Assembly (NCBI GenBank): GCA_951406725.2
Contig: OX597827.1
Location: 77,686,001-77,750,000 of the forward strand
DNA length: 64,000 nucleotides
From: Octopus vulgaris
Lineage: Eukaryota
Direction of reading: 5' to 3'
Part shown: positions 60,960 to 64,000 of the stretch, in pieces
Layout: each line of letters begins with the position of its first letter
Position numbering within the stretch: position 1 is the stretch's first letter
Notes under the pieces: generated by a model
The model's database searches: none
Seen by the model: only the letters and a program-made list of their open reading frames with translations
What the model was told of the DNA's origin: nothing
Position numbers and translations under genes: made by a program

Positions 60960-61445
60960 TGTACTTGTTTAGTCATTTACTGGGCCATGCTGGAGCACCG
61001 CCTTTAGAGTGGTGAAAGATACAGCAGGGATCACCATGCCGGAGCCTCGTATATCAATAAACACACACAACGCCCGGTCTATCGAAACCGCGATCCTCCG
61101 ATATAACCACTAGGCCATTGCGCCTCCACATATATAAACATATACTTTATAGTCATATATAAGAAGAAAAAGAAAATGGAGATTGGGAAGTTAATAATTG
61201 TTTATTATTAACAAAAAAAAATCCATGATCATCCCTTACAGCTGTTTCAGATTCGGCATAACACAGAATGGGGCAAGGTTGGCCCTTTGAATAACAAGTA
61301 CTATTCATTTAAGTCTGCTGAGTGGATTGGAACAATGTAAAATAAAGTGTATTGCTTCAAACACAATATAGCACTGGGAATCGAACTTATGACCTTCCAA
61401 TTGTGAGCCAAATAACCTAACCACTGGACCACCTGCTTTCACACA
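60960..61445 (-). mobile_element. SINE fragments (family A tail 60960-61008; 16063-like SINE 61010-61130; CORE-like SINE 61290-61445)
   Basis: Reverse complement GTGGAGGCGCAATGGCCTAGTGGTTA; GCTGAGTGGATTGGAACAATGT. Confidence 0.7.
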
Positions 61446-62184
61446 CACACGCATTTTGAAAGCATCCTGCAATAAGAAGTCAATCTCGTTTCTTTCAACA
61501 GTAAAAAACTCAAGCATTTTTTTAAAGAAGAAAACATCTCACCTCATCCCATTAAACATAAACAGCATTTAACAAGATCCCTTATAATCAATCTAGACGT
61601 TATCCCTCACTATTTCTGAAGATTTCTCTGGCCAAATGTACATCCTTAATATAACTGGGACCACATCCTAACCACTAACCCTTCTATTCAGGGCCAGAAA
61701 ATACTCTCAATTACCATTAACCCTCCACAAAGCTCAAATGGGGCCCAAAATGGAGCATTTTCCCCACATCTGGGACAGTGCTTTTTCCATTATAGACTTC
61801 CTAGACTAAATCTGGAGAAAGGCTACTCGACTAATTGGCATTAAATCACTCAAAGACATGTTCAACCTCTTGCCCACAGGCAGGACCGGATAAAGGGCCA
61901 GAGAGGCCCTAAGCACTTAAAAGATTTTGGTGCACCCCTTCCCCCATATATATGTAATTCAAAATATATAGCATAAAATAAATTTCTATTTTTCAAAATG
62001 AAACAAAAGTAACAGAAAGATGGAAAATAATGTTTATTTTTGTATGCTTCCACTTTATTTATTATTTCAAAGTTTTCTCTTGCTTTTTTTAATTGTAGTC
62101 TTAGATCAGATCCTCACCATTACACCACAAACACTTTGAAATTATGTTTCTCATCATATAAACCACTTTGAACATTATTTAAGT

Positions 62185-62557
62185 GAGTGGTTGTGTAGTA
62201 AGTAGCTTGCTTACCAACAACATGGTTCCTGGTTCAGTCCCACTGCGTGGCTCCTTGGGCAAGTGTCTTCTGCTATAGCCTCGGACCGACCAAAGCCTTG
62301 TGAGTGGATTTGGTAGACGGAAACTGAAAGAAGCCCATCATATATATATATGTGTGTGAGTGTCTGTGTTTGTCTCCACACCATCGCTTGACAACCGATG
62401 TTGGTGTGTTCATGTCCCCGTAACTTAGCGGTTTGGTAATAAGGGACCGATAGAGTAAGTACTCGGCTTACAAAGAATAAGTACTGGGGTCGATTTGTTT
62501 GATTAAAGGCGGTGCTCCAGCATGGCCGCAGTCAAATGACTGAAGCAAATAAAAGAA
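62185..62557 (+). mobile_element. Family A SINE, full length
   Basis: Head-to-tail match. Confidence 0.9.
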
Positions 62558-62561
62558 TATC

Positions 62562-62780
62562 GTCATTTTAACGTCAACTTTTCCTGCTTACACAGGTCGG
62601 ACAGAATTAATTGAAGCAAATTTTTTATAACTGAATGCCCTTCCTATCGCCAACCTTCACCTTTTCCCAAGCACAGTAATGTTTCCTCCATGATCAGACA
62701 TGTTTCTGCAGAATATTGGAAATGAACGACACTGCTTGTATGACAGTGACACTCATTTACAACTATCACGATGTCGACAC
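62562..62780 (-). mobile_element. Family D repeat
   Basis: Homologous to 31803-32025. Confidence 0.7.
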
Positions 62781-64000
62781 ATACATACACACAAAGATAG
62801 ATATGCATATGTATATATATATATGGACGCATACATATGCATGGGTATGTGTACGTATGTATATATACACGCACACATATATAGAGGTGTGTGTGTATAT
62901 ATATATATATACATATATATACACACATATGTATATAGGTATAAGTTTGTGTGTCTATATATATATATACACACACATACATACAAACAGCTGATTATTC
63001 ACTCTGTTGCTGCTCTGTTTCCCGCCACGTGTGGTCTTTCTGCCAGAGATATATTCTTTCATGCGAACCACACACACACACACATACCGACATATTTCTG
63101 GTATACTTGTATGTAAACATTGTATTCATTTATACAGATGTACTAAAAATTTTGCATCTGTATATATATAGATATATATTGAAATAAATTCATTCTATAT
63201 TATTTGTAGGCGAACTTTTGTTTTCATATAAATTATATAAATATTCGCATATTACACACACGTATATATGTAAGGAGATTGTATATAAATGCATATACAT
63301 TTACTCTATGTATACGCATTCATTTGCGTATGTGTAGACATCCAGCACCGTGCATATATATAACTTAGCTCGAAATTTTTTTTTGAAGTAAAAAAAAAAA
63401 AATGGAGCCTTTAAAAGGAACCAGTCGAGAAACTGGGTCAGAGTTTGGTGGAGATAACTTATTGGAAAGATAATATAACTCGAAGTAGAATATTTATTTT
63501 AAAATCTTCCTGGCAGCGAGATGTAACTTGAGTCATACGTTGGCAGCATCTGTCAAATACAGAATAAAGTTTTAATTCATACACAAGCATTAGTTCCATT
63601 AAAAATTTGAAGAAAATTGCAAAATTAATCAATAGTTGTTGTAATAATAAAAATGATTAATTATTCAACTATTGTTTTGGCTCATCAAAATGAAGTGGGA
63701 AGAAGTCTATGAGATGTAGAAGGGAAGAATCGTTCTTTATGTTACACCTATCCTAAGAAAACGAGAGAGAGAAAGAGAGGTATGAAGTAAATGCTTGCTC
63801 TAAGCCTGAGCTAGACGGCATGCGTCACAAAATTGCTGCTCAAGTTCCACCCTTCCCCAGACACAACAAAAATTCATTGTATCTACTCCAAGAAACAATA
63901 GGAAGAAACGGTGTCGCCGGTGTAAAAGTAACCGCACAAAACAACACCGCCTACCTATGGAACTTCATATCGGTTCATTTTGAAATGTTTTATTTTTACT

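Overview
AT-rich, microsatellite-saturated animal genomic DNA. The SINE/LINE repertoire and the clustered single-exon C2H2 genes point to an octopus (coleoid cephalopod) genome; this is inferred, not searched. There are two co-oriented polydactyl C2H2 zinc-finger genes. The first is at 1-3222 (+, possibly 5'-truncated, 18 fingers, polyQ-spaced N-terminal peptide repeat). The second is at 38538-41006 (+, 15 fingers), with a probable promoter and non-coding first exon near 28.8-29.9 kb. Both finger arrays are built from higher-order multi-finger modules. The rest is transposon debris: tRNA-derived SINEs, 5'-truncated RTE LINEs, piggyBac and pogo MITEs, a Helentron/HINE, and DD37D, hAT-Buster and Chapaev3-like transposase fragments. 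The most notable signal is non-coding: at least seven type I hammerhead-ribozyme folds from about five unrelated repeat contexts (6.0, 18.6, 18.7, 25.2, 46.0 x2 and 54.1 kb), plus degenerate candidates. They include a tRNA-headed tandem unit resembling a retrozyme or the Schistosoma SMalpha SINE, and a recurring non-canonical core with an extra nucleotide before GAAA. All folds were paired by eye and activity is untested.
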